From contig NC_091981.1 of NCBI RefSeq assembly GCF_044704955.1, positions 176,576,001 through 176,640,000 on the forward strand: DNA of 64,000 nucleotides, read 5' to 3'. Shown here piece after piece: positions 49,640 to 62,372 of this stretch; the stretch's first letter is position 1; each line of letters opens with the position of its first letter. The notes under the pieces were generated by a model. It saw only the letters and a program-made list of their open reading frames with translations, had not been told where the DNA came from and did no database searches. Source of the stretch: Pristiophorus japonicus (Eukaryota). The translations under genes were made by a program, and so were the position numbers.

Positions 49640-52600
49640 GCAAAATTGGGAGCAGTGGCAGCCTACAAAAGAGCCAGCCCTACTAGCACCAACTACCTGG
49701 GAAGATAAGTTCAAAGAGTGAAAGTGTGACATAACAGGAGAGCAGGGAAGTTGGTCCGTTTTTCTCCCTTTTCGTGGGCATTGGTTAAATTAAGAGCTGG
49801 GATTGAAAACTAAACATTGAAAACTTCAAAACCTAATAAATTAAATACATTCGAGATGGGAGGGCAGGCGATGTGTTACTGCTGCTGCATGTGGGAGCTG
49901 GTTGATCCCATTGAGGTCCTTGGTGACCACATCTGAAGCAAGTGTCTGCAGCTCGAGGAACTTCGGCTCCGTGTTGATGAGCTGGAGTCCGAGCTTCAGA
50001 CACTGCGACACAGCAGGGAGGGGGAGAGTTACCTGGACGCTGTCTTTCAGGAGGCAGCCACACCCCTTAAGTTAATTAATTCAAATTTGGTCCGCGGTCA
50101 GGGACAGGAGAGTGTGACTATGAGCGAGGCAGGTATGGGGACCCAGGAGGTAGTGATGGAGGAGCCACAGCCCTTGCTCTTGACCAACAGGTATGAGATT
50201 CTTGCTCCCTGTTTGGAAGAGGGCAGAGACTGCAGGGAGGATGAGCAAACTGACTACAGCACTGTGGTAAAGGGGGCCATTCAAGTGGGGGGAGTAAAAA
50301 GAAATGTTGTAGTGGTAGGGGACAGTATTGTTAGGGGGATAAATACTGTTCTCTGCAGCCGAGAGTGTGAATCCCAGCGCCCAGGTTAAGGACATCTCCT
50401 CTGGGCTGGAGAAACTTGAAGTGGGAAGGGGAAGATCCAGTTGTCATCGGCCACATAGGTACCAATGACATAGGTAGAACAAAGAAAGAGGTTCTGCTGA
50501 GAGAGTATGAGCAACTAGGGGCTAAATTAAAAAGCAGATCCACAAAGGTAATAATTTCTGGATTACTACCTGAGCCACAAGCAAATTTGCATAGGGTAAA
50601 TAAGATCAGAGAGATGAACACATGGCTCAAAGACTGGTGTGGGAGAAATGGGTTTTGATTCATGGAACACTGACACCCGTACTGGGATAAGAGGGAGCTG
50701 TTCCGTTGGGACAGGCTTCACTTGAAGCATGCTGGGACTAGTGTCCTGGCGAATCGAATAACTAGGGCTGTAGATAGGCCTTTAAACTAAATATTGGGGG
50801 GGGGGGGGAAGGGTTCAGGTGAGCGGAAATTAAAAAAGTTAAAGAGAAAATAGAAGACAATAGAGCAGGGTAGAACTGGAGGAAATAATAACCAGAGTGG
50901 GACAGAGTGTATAAACATAAGAGTGTATCAGAAAGTGGGGTCAAAGCAGGGAAAAATGGTAAAAAAAAATTTAAAGTTCTTTATCTGAATGCACGCAGCA
51001 TTCGTAACAAGATAGATGAGTTGACGGCACTAATAGATACAAATGGGTATGATCTGATAGCCATTACAGAGACGTGGTTGCAAGGTGACCAAGGTTGGGG
51101 ACTGAATATTCAGTGGTATTTGACAATTCGGAAGGATAGACAGAAAAGAAAAGGAGGTGGGGTAGCTAATAAAGGATGAGATCAGTGCAGTAGTGAGAAA
51201 TGATGTTGGCTTAGAAGATCAAGATGTAGAATCAGTTTGGGTGCAGATAAGAAATAATAAGGGGAAGTCACTGGTGGGCATAGTCTATAGGTACCCCAAC
51301 AGTAGGTACACTGTTGGACGGAGTAAAAATCAAGAAATAATGGAGGCTTGTAAAAAAGGAACGACAATAATCATGGGCGATTTTAATCTTCATATTGACT
51401 GGATAAATCAAATTGGCCAAGGTAGCCTTGAGGAAGAGTTCATAGAGTGTATCCGGGATAGTTTCTTTGAACAATACATTGCGGAACCAACCAGGGAGCG
51501 GGCTATCTTAGATCTGGTACTGTGAAATGAGACAGGATTAATAAACAATCTCCTTGTAAAGGATCCTCCAGGAAAGAGTGATCAAAGCATGGTTGAATTT
51601 CAAATTCAGTTGGAGGGTGAGAAAGTTGGATCTTAAATCAATGTCCTGAGCTTAAAAAAAAATTACTAAGGTATGAAGGCAGAGTTGGCTAAAGTGGACT
51701 GTGAAAATAGATTAAAGTATAAGATAGTTGATAAGCAGTGGCGGACATTTAAGAAGATATTTCATAACTCTCAACAAAAATATATTCCAGTGAGAAGGAA
51801 AGACTTTAAGAGAAGAGATAACCATCCGTGGCTAACTAAGGAAATAAGGGATGGTTTCAAATTGCAAACAATGGCACACAAAGTGGCCAAGTTTAGTGGG
51901 AGGCCAGAGGATTGGGAAACTTTTAGAAACCAGCAAAGGACAACTAAAAACACAATAAAGAGAGGGAAGATAGATTATGAGTAAAACTAGCAAGAAATAT
52001 AAAAACAGATAGTAAGAGTTTGTACAGGTATATAAAAAGGAAGAAAGTAGCTAAAGTAAATGTTGGTCCCTTAGAGGATGAGATTGGGGAATTAATAATG
52101 GGTAGCAGGGAAATGGCAGAGACTTTGAACAAATATTTTGTATCGGTCTTCACGGTAGAAGACACTAAAAACATCCCAATAATGGATAATCAAGGGGCTA
52201 TAGGGAGGGAGAAACTTAAAACAATCACTATCACTAAAGAAAAAGTAGTTGGTAAAATAATGCGATTAAAGGTGGACAAGTCCCCTGGAGCAGATGGATG
52301 GCTTGCATCCTAGGTCTTAAACGAAGGAGCTGCAGAGATAGTGGATACATTGGTTGTAATCTACCAAAATTGCCTGGATTCTCGAGAGCTTCCGGCGGAT
52401 TGGAAAACCGCAAATGTAATGCCCCTATTGAAAAAAGGAGGCAGACAGAAAGCAGGAAACTATAGATCAGTTAGCCTAACATCTGTTGTTGGGAAAATGC
52501 TGGAGTTCATTATTAAGGAAGCAGTAGCAGGACGTTTATAATACAGTCAAGCAGAGTCAGCATGGTTTTATGAAAGGGAAATCATGTTTGACAAATTTGC

Positions 52601-54382
52601 TGGAGTTCTTTGCGGATGCAACGAGCAGGGTGGATAAGGGGGAACCAGTGGATGTGGTGTATTTGGATTTCCAGAAAGCATTCGATAAGGTGCCACAAAA
52701 GGTTACTGCACAAGATAAAAGCTCACGGGGTTGGGGGTAATATATTAGCATGGATAGAGGATTGGCTAACTAACAAAAAACAGCGAGTCGGGATCAATGG
52801 GTCATTTTCCAGTTGGCAAACGGTAACTAGTGGGGTGTCACAGGGATCGGTGCTGGGGCCTCAACTATTTACAATCTATATTAATGACTGGGATGAAGGG
52901 ACTGACTGTAATGTAGCCAAGTCTGCTGATGATACAAAGATGGGTGGGAAAGCAAGTTGTGAGGAGGACACAAAAAATCTGCAAAGGTATATAGACAGGC
53001 TAAGTGAGTGTGCAAACATTTGGGAGATGGAGTATAATGTGGGAAAGTGTGAGGTTATCCACTTTGGCAGGAAAAGTAAAAAAGCAAATTATTATTTAAA
53101 AGGAGAGAAATTACAAAGTGCTGCAGTACAGAAGGACCTGAGGTCCTTGTGCATGAAACACAAAAAGTTAGTATGCAAGTACAGCAAGTAATCAGGAAGG
53201 CAAATGGAATGTTGGCCTTTATCGCAAAGGGGATGGAGTATAAAAGCAGAGACATCCTGCTACAACTGTACAGGATATCGGTGAGGCCACACCTAGAGTA
53301 CTGCGTACAGTTTTGGTCTCCTTATTTAAGGAGAGATATACAGGTATAAAGTCCCGAAACCTGAAACCTCCGGACCGAGACCATTCCGGTTTTTCAACGT
53401 CGCGAATCTGGAAACCCCTGGGCCGAATTTCGGGTATTTCCAGATTTCGGAGAAGAAAATCCGACATCCCAAATCCGGAAACCTCGTCGACGATTTTCGG
53501 GTATTTACGGATCTCGGAGACAATCTGACGTCCCGAATCCGGAAACCCCTAGGCCGAGTTTTGTGTATTTCCGGATTTCGGAGACAATCCGACGTCCTGA
53601 ATCCGGAAACCCTTGGGCCGACGTTCGTGAATTTCCGGATTTTGGAGCATTACATCCGACGGCCCGAATCCGGCAACCTCGAGGCCGGGCCAGATTGCAC
53701 ATTTTTTTGGATTCATGCTTGGAAAAAGGTATGTACAGCTTAAAAGTCCGGTTTTCGGGAACTATTTCCGGATTCCAGACAAGGACACTTGCAATCTGCA
53801 CAATGTCCGGTTTTTGGACAATTCCGTTTTTTAGAATTTTGGTTATCAAACATTCTACCTATACTTGCATTGGAAGCAGTTCAGAGGAGGTTCACGTAGT
53901 TGATTCCTGAGATGAAGGGGTTGACTTATAAAGAAAGGTTGAGTAGGTTGAGCCTATACTCATTGGAATTTAGAAGAATGAGAGGTGATCTTATTGAAAC
54001 ATATAAGATACCGAGGGAGCTCGACAAGGTAGATGCAGAGAGGATATTTCCCCTCGTGGGGGGAACTAGAACTAGGGGAGAATAGTTTCAGAATAAGGGG
54101 TCGCGCATTTAAAACTGAGATGAGGAGGAATTTCTTCTCTCAAAGGGTTATAAATCTGTGGAATTCTCTGCCTCAGAGAGCTGTGGAGGCTGTGTCATTG
54201 AATGTAGTTAAGGTGGAGATAGACAGATTTTTGAGCGATAAGGGAGTGAAAGGGTTATGGGGAGCGGGCAGGGAAGTAGAGCTGAGCCCAAGATCAGATC
54301 AGCCATGATTTTATTAAATGGCGGAGCAGGCTCGAGGGGCCAAATGGCCTCCTCCTGCTCCTATTTCTTATGTTATGTTCTT
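49640..54382 (+). mobile_element. Essentially full-length CR1 LINE (mutated), with a MITE at 53341-53861
   Basis: 5' UTR, ORF1 (VVVVGDSIVRG, HIGTNDIG, ISGLLP), ORF2 endonuclease (YLNARSIRNK, ITETWL, IMGDFN), RT (NYRSVSLTS, QGSVLGP) and cttatgttatgttctt tail. Confidence 0.94.
53341..53861. mobile_element. Tc1/mariner (pogo/Tigger-type) MITE with an internal ~62-bp tandem array
   Basis: TA|CAGGTATAA...TTCTACCTA|TA. Removing it restores the CR1 sequence gagatatacttgcattgg. Related by motif to the MITE at 24095. Confidence 0.82.
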
Positions 54383-54499
54383 GTGAAACTATAAAGTGAC
54401 AAATAGACAATAAATTGAGACTTGCTAAAAACAACTCTGCTTTTATTATCATTGACAAGTGAGTTGTATTTAGAAATACTTCAGTAGGAAATACACTAA

Positions 54500-55164
54500 G
54501 GCCTGGAGTTTCTGGCTTGATTGCGCCGGTTATTTCAGCGCAATTCGACCGAAATTAGGGTAACCAGTGCAAAGGATCGCGGAATCTTAAGCCTAATTTG
54601 TGTTCAGCACAACTCGAGTTTCCTCGATCTTTTGCACTAGTTTTAAAAACACTGCACTAGAAGCATGCCCTGCCCAGAAAATTGACCACGCCCTCAGTGT
54701 GAATTAATCACCTTTGGGAGTTTCCGTTAATTGCACTCATTTGCAGGCCTTCAGGGAGGCTTTAAAAATTAAGCTTGTTCTTTTGGGCGCAAGCACATTC
54801 AAAGGTACATTTTAAAAGCTTTAAATCTGATTTTTCTTTTAATTTACTAAGCAACTGACTAATGTACCCCACTACAAATAGAAAGTAGCTTTATATATAT
54901 TTTTTTAAGTGAATTTCAGTGATTTAAAGTCAGGTTACTCAGAGATGGTGGATTGAAACTGTGATTAAAAATGCTTATATTTTGTGATATTTTCAGCTGT
55001 TTTAATTAAACTTCACTAAGTTACCACTTTTAAATTTATGAAGGAACAGTTTTTAAAGTAAATTTTTTTAAAGTTACATTTTCAAACGCTGCCCAATTCC
55101 ACGAGTTCATGGCAAATTTTGCGTTCGGCAATATAAAAATGAGTTTGAGCGGAAACTCTACTCT
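54500..55164. mobile_element. Degenerate Harbinger-like MITE
   Basis: TAA|GGCCTGGAGTTTC...GAAACTCTACTCT|TAA, with GAGTTTCC recurring internally. The TIR match is weak. Confidence 0.5.
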
Positions 55165-55389
55165 TAAATTTTAGGAACATGAAAAGATTATGCGGTCCAA
55201 CAAACTTGCCCTATTTGAATTACTTCAATCCCACTTTCCCGTCACATTTATCTATCTCATTTTTTCTCTACAAATACCTTCCCTTCCTGAATCCATGCTG
55301 GCAGTCCAAAATCAAGTTGAGAGCTTCCAAGTATTCCTTCAAAAGATCCCTTAAAATTGTTCAAAACTGATGCTGAACTGATTAATCTG

Positions 55390-55856
55390 GTGTCAGGTCG
55401 TAGCCTGGCTCAGTGGGAGCAGACTCACTTGAGTCAGAAGATTGTGGGTTCAAGTACCACTCTAGATCACTTGAGCACAAAATCCAGGGTAACATCTCAG
55501 TGCAGTACTGAGGGAGCACTGCGCTCTTGGAGATGCCGTCTTTCGGATGAAATGTTAAATTGAGGTCCTATCTTCTCTCTCAGGTGGAAAAAAAAAACAA
55601 TGTCACTATTTGAAGAAAAGAAGTTCAGCCTGATGCTTTAGCCAATATTTATCCCCCAACCAACATCATTAGAAACAGATTATCTGGTCATTATATCACT
55701 GCTGTTTGTGGGACCTTGCTGTGGTGCAAATTGGCTGCTATGTTTCCTACATTACAACAGTGACAACACTTCAAAAGTACTTAATTGGCTGTAAAGAGCT
55801 TTAAAGTATAGGGACTTGTGAAAGTCACTATACAAATGCAAGTTCTTTGTTTCTTT
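55390..55856 (+). mobile_element. tRNA-derived Deu-domain SINE (SacSINE1-like)
   Basis: tggctcagtgg A-box, gggttcaag B-box, cagtactgagggagcactg...gccgtctttcggatga domain and aatgcaagttcttt tail. Confidence 0.8.
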
Positions 55857-55869
55857 GATCTATAGATTC

Positions 55870-57690
55870 AAGGTCTTGGTGCGTCGGAATGTGCAATTTC
55901 AACTGGGCCACCTCGTTGTAATTTAACTTCCAGCTTTGTCATCTCCAGTGCGCGACAGCGAGGGTGGTGCAAACCCGCATGACGCAATCTCAACTGGAGC
56001 ATTTAAAGAGCTATCCAAGGATGGAATTTGGAGGAGTTAGGAGTTGCAGCAAACTGAAGGAGAAGTGTTGTGATAGATTCAGGACCGGCATGGGCTGCGC
56101 CAAGATTTAATGACGCTACCCTTGATGTACTGCTGGGTGCAGTGAGGAGGAGTGAGAGACCCTTCCCCAGCAACTGGAGGAAGAAACCTGCTGCTGCAGT
56201 GAAGAGGGCGTGACTGGAGGTAGCCAAGGAGGTCAGCAACAGGAGCGTTGTGGCACGCTCCTGGATTTAGTGCAGGAAGTGCTTTAATGACCTAGGTCAG
56301 GAAAGGTGAGTATAGCTGCACATTCACCAACATCCTGCTGTGCACATCATCCGCCACCCTGCCTCCCAAACTGTTCCTTGCCAAGTCTACTCTATCGCAT
56401 AACTCCTCACACCCACTAAGCCTGCAAGCACCAATTGTTCTTTCCATGCATTTTATGACATCCCTATCTATCCATCCACCAATCCTTATGCGATTTAATG
56501 CCTCTTCCTCATAGTCATCTCACCAAATGCATTGCATCCATCAGGTGAACACATGCCATTACAATCACTCATAGGTCTGTTACCCGTTCCAGAAGAAGAG
56601 AGCACAAAACACTTGAGAGAGAGAGAGAGAGGATTAAAGGTAGTCCTCTACAGATTGTGCAGTTGACAGCTGTAGAGGAGGAGGCAATGGAGATTAGTGG
56701 CATTTCGGCGTCCCTGACCATCTGACCACGCAGCTACCTGGTGACAGAATTAACAACAACTTGTATTTATATAGCGCATTTAACATAGTGAAACGTCCCA
56801 AGGCGCTTCACAGGAGTATTAGGTGATAAAAATTTGACACCGAGCACATAAGTAGAAATTAGCGCAGGTGACCAAAAGCTTGGTCAAAGGAGCGTCTTGA
56901 AGGAGGAAAGAGAGGTAGAGAGGCAGAGAGGATTAGGCAGAGATTTCCAGAGCTGGGGGCCTAGGCAACAGAAGGCACAGCCACCAATGGTTGAGCGATT
57001 ACAATCAGGGATGCTCAGGAAGGCAGAATTAGAGGAGCGCTGACATCTCGGGGGATTGTGGGGCTGGAGGAGATTACAGAGATAAGGAGGGGCAAGTCCA
57101 TGGAGGGATTTGAAAATAAGGATGGGAATTTGAAACCGGAAGCCAATGTAGGTCAGCGAGCACAGGGGTGATGGGTGAGCAGGACTTGGTGTGAGTTAGG
57201 ACACAGGCAGCCAAGTTTTGGATCACCTCTAGTTTATGTAGGGTAGAATGTGGGAGGCGAGCCAGGAGTGCGCTGGAATTGTCAAGTCTAGAGGTAACAA
57301 AGGCATCGATGAGGGCTTCAGCAGCGGATGAGCTGAGACAAAAGCGGAGACGGGCAATGTTACGGAGGCGGAAATTAAATATGAACGGCCCACATGTCAT
57401 ACAACATTCAGTCACATTGACTAGATTTCAGCAACGAATGAAATATGATCATCTTCATAATGCTAAGTTGCATCATTCTTATCTTGTTAATACTAATTCA
57501 TATATTTTATCTCCGCCAGTGCCTTCACACATATAGTAGCAGTAGGTGGACCTCCTGGAAGACGATTCCTCAGATTTTTTTCTGAGCATGCACCATCACA
57601 GGACTCATGCTGAGCATGCAGCACCTCAGATACTCGCACTTCAGTGGGTCCAGTTAGACAGTTGATGCGCAAACTGACCATGGCACTGTG
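55870..57690 (+). mobile_element. PIF/Harbinger Myb/SANT (ORF2) remnant with retained introns, split by an L2
   Basis: ~56090-56305 reads AAPRFNDATLDVLLGAVRR.../KRA*LEVAKEVSNRSVVARSWI*CRKCFNDL, then donor AAG|GTGAGT. A second exon-like piece at ~56590-56740 reads KKRAQN...QIVQLTAVEEEAMEISG. Confidence 0.75.
56751..57374 (-). mobile_element. L2 LINE 3' fragment
   Basis: LRNIARLR...AEALIDAFVTSRLDN...IQNLAACVLT...ITPVLADLHWLPV (57074-57415) and an aacaacaacttg tail. Confidence 0.92.
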
Positions 57691-60600
57691 GTACAGGAGT
57701 CCATTTAAGTGGGGGGAGTGAAAAGGAATGTTATAGTTGTAGGCGACAGTATAATCAGAGGGATAGATACTGTTCTCTTCAGCCGCGATGGGAAGGTTGT
57801 GTTGCCTGCCTGGTGCCAGGGTTAAGTAGGCGATGGAGATTAGTGGCAGCTGGAAAAGAACTTGGAGTGGGAGGAGGAGGATCCAGTTGTTGTGGTCCGC
57901 GTAGGAACCAATGACATAGGTAGAACTAAGAATGAGGTTCTGCTGGGAGATGATGAGGAGCTAGGGTTGAAATTCAAACGCAGAACCTCACATGTAATAA
58001 TCTCTGAATTGTTGTGAGTCACGTGCAAATTGGCATAGGAGCAAACAGATTAGAAGTTTAAATGTGTGGCTAAAAGAGTGGTGTGGGAGGCAGGGATTTC
58101 ACTTTATGGGGCAATAGCACCAGTACTGGGAATGAGGGAGCTGTCCCATTGAGACGGGCTCCACTTAAACTGGGCTGGAATCAGTGTCCTAGCGAGTCAA
58201 ATAACTAGGTCAGTCGTTAGGGCTTTAAACTAATGAAGCAGGGGTGGGAGGATTCAGGTAAGGGTAAATTCAAAAGCAGTAAGAGAAATGTCAAGGCTGT
58301 AAAGTAGAGTAGCGATTTGGATTAAAAAAAAGCAGTAGGGGTCAGGAAGGGACAGACAACTTAACAAAGGTAATAAGGCATTAAAGACTAAGGTAACATC
58401 AGAGAAAAATAGAAAAAAAGATAAAGCTAAAGGCACCATATCTGAATGTGTGAAAAGTTTGCAACAAAATAGATGAATGATAGCACAGATAGAAATAAAT
58501 GGGTTGATCTAATAGCCATAACAGAGATGTGGTTGCCGAGTGACCAAGGTTGGGAACTAAAAATTCCAGGGTATTTGACTTTTAGAAGAGATAGGCAAAC
58601 TGGAAATGGGAGTGGGTGAGGGGCGGCAGCCCTGATAATAATAAAGGATGGATAAAGACAGTAGGGAGAAAGGATGGTAGCTCGGAAAATCAAGATTTAT
58701 AATCACTTTGAGTGGAGCTAAGAAACAACAAGGGGCAGAAAACACTGGTGGGAGTAGTTTATAAGCCCCCTAACAATAGCCGTAGTGTCGGGCAGATTAT
58801 AGATCAGGAAATTAGAGGTGCATGGGTAATACAGTAATCATGGTGGGACTCTAATCTTCATATGGATTAGGCAAACCAAATTAGCAGTAATAGTGTGGAG
58901 GACAAGTTCATGGAATGTATTCAAGATGGTTTTCTTGAACAGTATGTCGAGGAACCAACTAGGGACAGGCTACTTTAGATCTAGTATTGTACAATGAGAA
59001 AGGATTCACTAGTATTAAAGGAGCCTCTGGGGAAGAGTGATAATAATATGATAGAATTTTATATTGAATTTGAGAGTGATTTAGTTAAATCCGAAACTAG
59101 GGTCTTAAATCTGAACAAAGTAAATTACATAGCTATGAGGGGTGAGTTGGCTAAGGTAGATTGCGAAACTAGATTAAAAGAAATGAGGGTAGATAAGCAA
59201 TGGCAAACATATAAACATAATTTGCAATGAATACATATTTCCTGAAGGAATAAAATCCCACAGGAATAGTGATTCAATCATGGCTAACAAGAGAAGTTAA
59301 AGATACTATTAGATTAAAAGAAGAGGTTTATAATGTTGCCAAAAAGAGTAGTAGGCCTGAGGATTGGGAAGATTTTAGAATAAAGCAAAGGATGACCAAT
59401 ACATTGATAAAGAAAGAGAATATGAGGGTAAACTAGCAAGAGACATTAAACCAGATTGTAAAAGCTTCTGTAATAAAGTAGAGATTTGCAAAAGTAAACA
59501 TGGGTCCCCTAGAGGCAGAAACAGGAGAAATTTAATGGAGAATAAGGAAATGGCAGAGACATTAAATGCATACTTTGTATCTGTCTTCATGGTAGAAGAT
59601 ACAAAAAAATTCTGGAAATAATGGGGAACTTGAAGAAATTAGTATTGGTAAAGAAATAGTACTGGAGAAATTAACGGGACTAATAGTCAACAAATCCCCT
59701 GCACCTGATGGCCTACATTCTAGGGTTTTAAAAGAGGTGACTACACAGATCGTGGATGCATTGGTTTTGATCTTCCAGACTGCCCTAGATTCTAGAATGG
59801 TCCCCGTGGATTGGAAGGTAGAAAACAATCTTGCTATTCAATAAAGAAGGGAAGAGAAAAGAGGGAACTACAGGCTAGTTAGCCTGACATCAGTTGTCAG
59901 GAAAATGCTAGAATCTATTAGTAGGGATGTGGTAACATTGCACTTCAAAAATCATAATATGATTGGGCAGAATTAATACGGATTTATGAAAAGGAAATCG
60001 TGTTTGACAAATCTAAGAGTTTTTTGAGGTTTTAACTAACAGGGTAGATAAGGTGGAACAAGTGGATGTCATGTATTGGGATTTTCAGGAAGCATTCGCT
60101 AAAGAGCCACACAAGAGGTTATTACACAAAATTAGGGCTCATGGGATTGGGGTTGTATAACAAGGATCAGTGCTTTGGCCTCAACTATTTACAATCTATA
60201 TCAATGACTTATATGAGAGGACCGAGTGTAATGTATCCAAGTTTGCTGACAATACAAAGCTAGCTGGGAAAGTTGAGTTATGAGGATGCAGCAAGGCAGC
60301 TGCAAAGGTACATTGACAGATTGAGTGGGCAAGAACATGACAAAAGAAATATCGGCCCTAAGTTTCCACATGCGGCAAAACAGGCGCCCCTCCGAGCTGG
60401 GCGCCCGTTTTTCGCGCCGAAAACGGCGCCTGAAAAAAACCGCGCTATTCTCGAGCGCTTTGCAGCTCGATGTCTGCTTGGCGCGGCGCCCAGGGGGCGG
60501 AGCCTACCACTCGCGCCGATTTTGTAAGTAGGAGGGGGCGGGTACAATTTAAATGAGTTTTTTTCGTGCCGGCAACCCTGCGCGTGCGCGTTGGAGCGTT

Positions 60601-62372
60601 CGCGCGCGCGCAGTCTGAAGAAAACATTGGCACTCGGCCATTTTAAAAAGTGCTGCAGAAAAAGTGAAAATTTGTTTATTGAACCCTTGCAAAGGCTTGT
60701 ATTTTAATTTTCTTGATATTTCTGTGTGTGAGGGTGAGGGAGTGCATTCTGTAATTAAAGATAGACTGTGATAAACGGGACACATGCACTTGTTTGAGAC
60801 TATTCAAATTCTTTGTAGCTGTTCAATTTTTAATATTTTTTAATAAAACCACATTGCCCTTCCATGATCAGCACTGAGGCTGCTTGCAGCTTTCTCCCCC
60901 TGCCGTCCGTCGGGCCCGACGGCAAACGGCTGCCTCAAGTAATGAGGCTTCCTGCAGCCTTCTCCCTCCCTCCCCGCCCCTGCCGTCGGGAACGGCTGCC
61001 TCAAGTAATGAGGCTTCCTGCAGCCTTCTCCCTGCCTCCCCCTGCCGTCGGTCGGTCCCGACGGCAAACCGCTGCCTGAAACATTTTCACACAGTTAGGA
61101 ACATGGTTTATTTAATCTTTTGTTTGCTTATAAATTTTTATTCAGGTTGGATTTATTTGTATAATATTTGTATAAGTATAACTAAGGATTTATTGTAGAA
61201 TGTAATGACTTCCCTTCCCCCACTCCCCCCCCCCCCACCTCGTTCCCGACGCCTAATTTGTAACCTGCGCCTGATTTTTTAATGTGTAGACAAGGTTTTT
61301 TCAAGCCTACAAAAATCTTCACTTGCTCCATTCTAAGTTAGTTTGGAGTACGTTTTCACTGTGGAAACTTTCAAATCAGGCGTCAGTGGCCGGACACGTC
61401 CCCTTTTGAAAAAAAAATTCTGTTCAAAAGTGAAACTGTTCTACCTGACTAGAACTGCAGAAAACTTAAATGTAGAGAATTCCAATTTCTAAGATACTCC
61501 GTTCTCCACCAGTTGCTCCTAAAAATCAGGAGCAAATCATGTGGAAACTTGGGGCCATAATGTGGAGAAATGTGAAGTTATCCACTTTAGTAGGAAAATA
61601 GTAAAGAATATTTTTTAAATGGTGAGAGATGGGGAAAAGTTGTTATTCAGAGGGACCTGGGTGGCTTTATACACGAATCACTGAAAATTAACATGCAGGT
61701 ACAGTGAGCAATTAGGAAAGCAAATTGTATGTTACTCTTTATTACAAAATAATTTGAGTATAAGAGTAAATAAGTCTTACTGCAATTATATAGGGCCTTG
61801 GTGAGACCACACCTGGAGTACTGTGCACAGTGTTGGCCTCCTTAACTAAGGAAGGGTGTATTTGTCTTAGAGGGAGTGCAATGAAGGTTTACAAGACAGA
61901 TTCCTGGGATGAGGGGATTATCCTATGAGGAGAGATTGAGTAAACTAGGCCTATATTCCCTGGAGTTTAGAAGAATGAGAGGTGATCTCATTGAAACATA
62001 TACAATTCTTAAGGGGCATCACAGGGTAGATGCTGGCCAGATTTTTCCCCTGCTTGGCAAGTCTAGAATTAGAGGTCACTGTCTCAGATTAAGAGGTTGG
62101 CCATTTAGGACTGAGATGAGGAGAGATTTCTGTACTCAAAGGATTGTGACTCTTTGCAATTTTCTACCCCAGAGAGCTGTGGTTGCTGAGTCGTTGAGTA
62201 TACTCAAGACAGAGATAGATAGATTTTTGGATACTAAGAGAATCAAGGGATATGGAGATAGTGCAGGAAGGTGGAGTTGTGGTAAAAGATCAACCATGAT
62301 CTTATTGAATGGCGGAGCAGGGTCAAAGGGCCGAATGGCCTGCTCCTGCTTCTATTTCTTATGTTCTTATGT
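57690..62372 (+). mobile_element. Long degenerate CR1 LINE with a MITE at 60354-61556
   Basis: ORF1 esterase remnant (VGDSIIRG, VGTNDIG), endonuclease, RT with an internal deletion, ORF 61909-62490 N-terminal part and cttatgttcttatg tail. Confidence 0.9.
60354..61556. mobile_element. Young Harbinger-like MITE (1.2 kb)
   Basis: 19-bp TIR GGCCCTAAGTTTCCACATG / CATGTGGAAACTTGGGGCC (1 mismatch), flanks ATC/ATA. Removing it restores the CR1 sequence gaaatataatgtgg. CpGs are well preserved. Confidence 0.88.

Noticed and set aside
53405-53680. CRISPR-like palindromic repeats with variable interiors
   Set aside because: The inter-repeat segments are homologous to each other, the array sits inside a TIR/TA-bounded MITE in vertebrate DNA, and there are no cas genes.
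60875-61080. Repeat-spacer-like pattern
   Set aside because: Only three units with related spacers, lying within a MITE, so it is a minisatellite.
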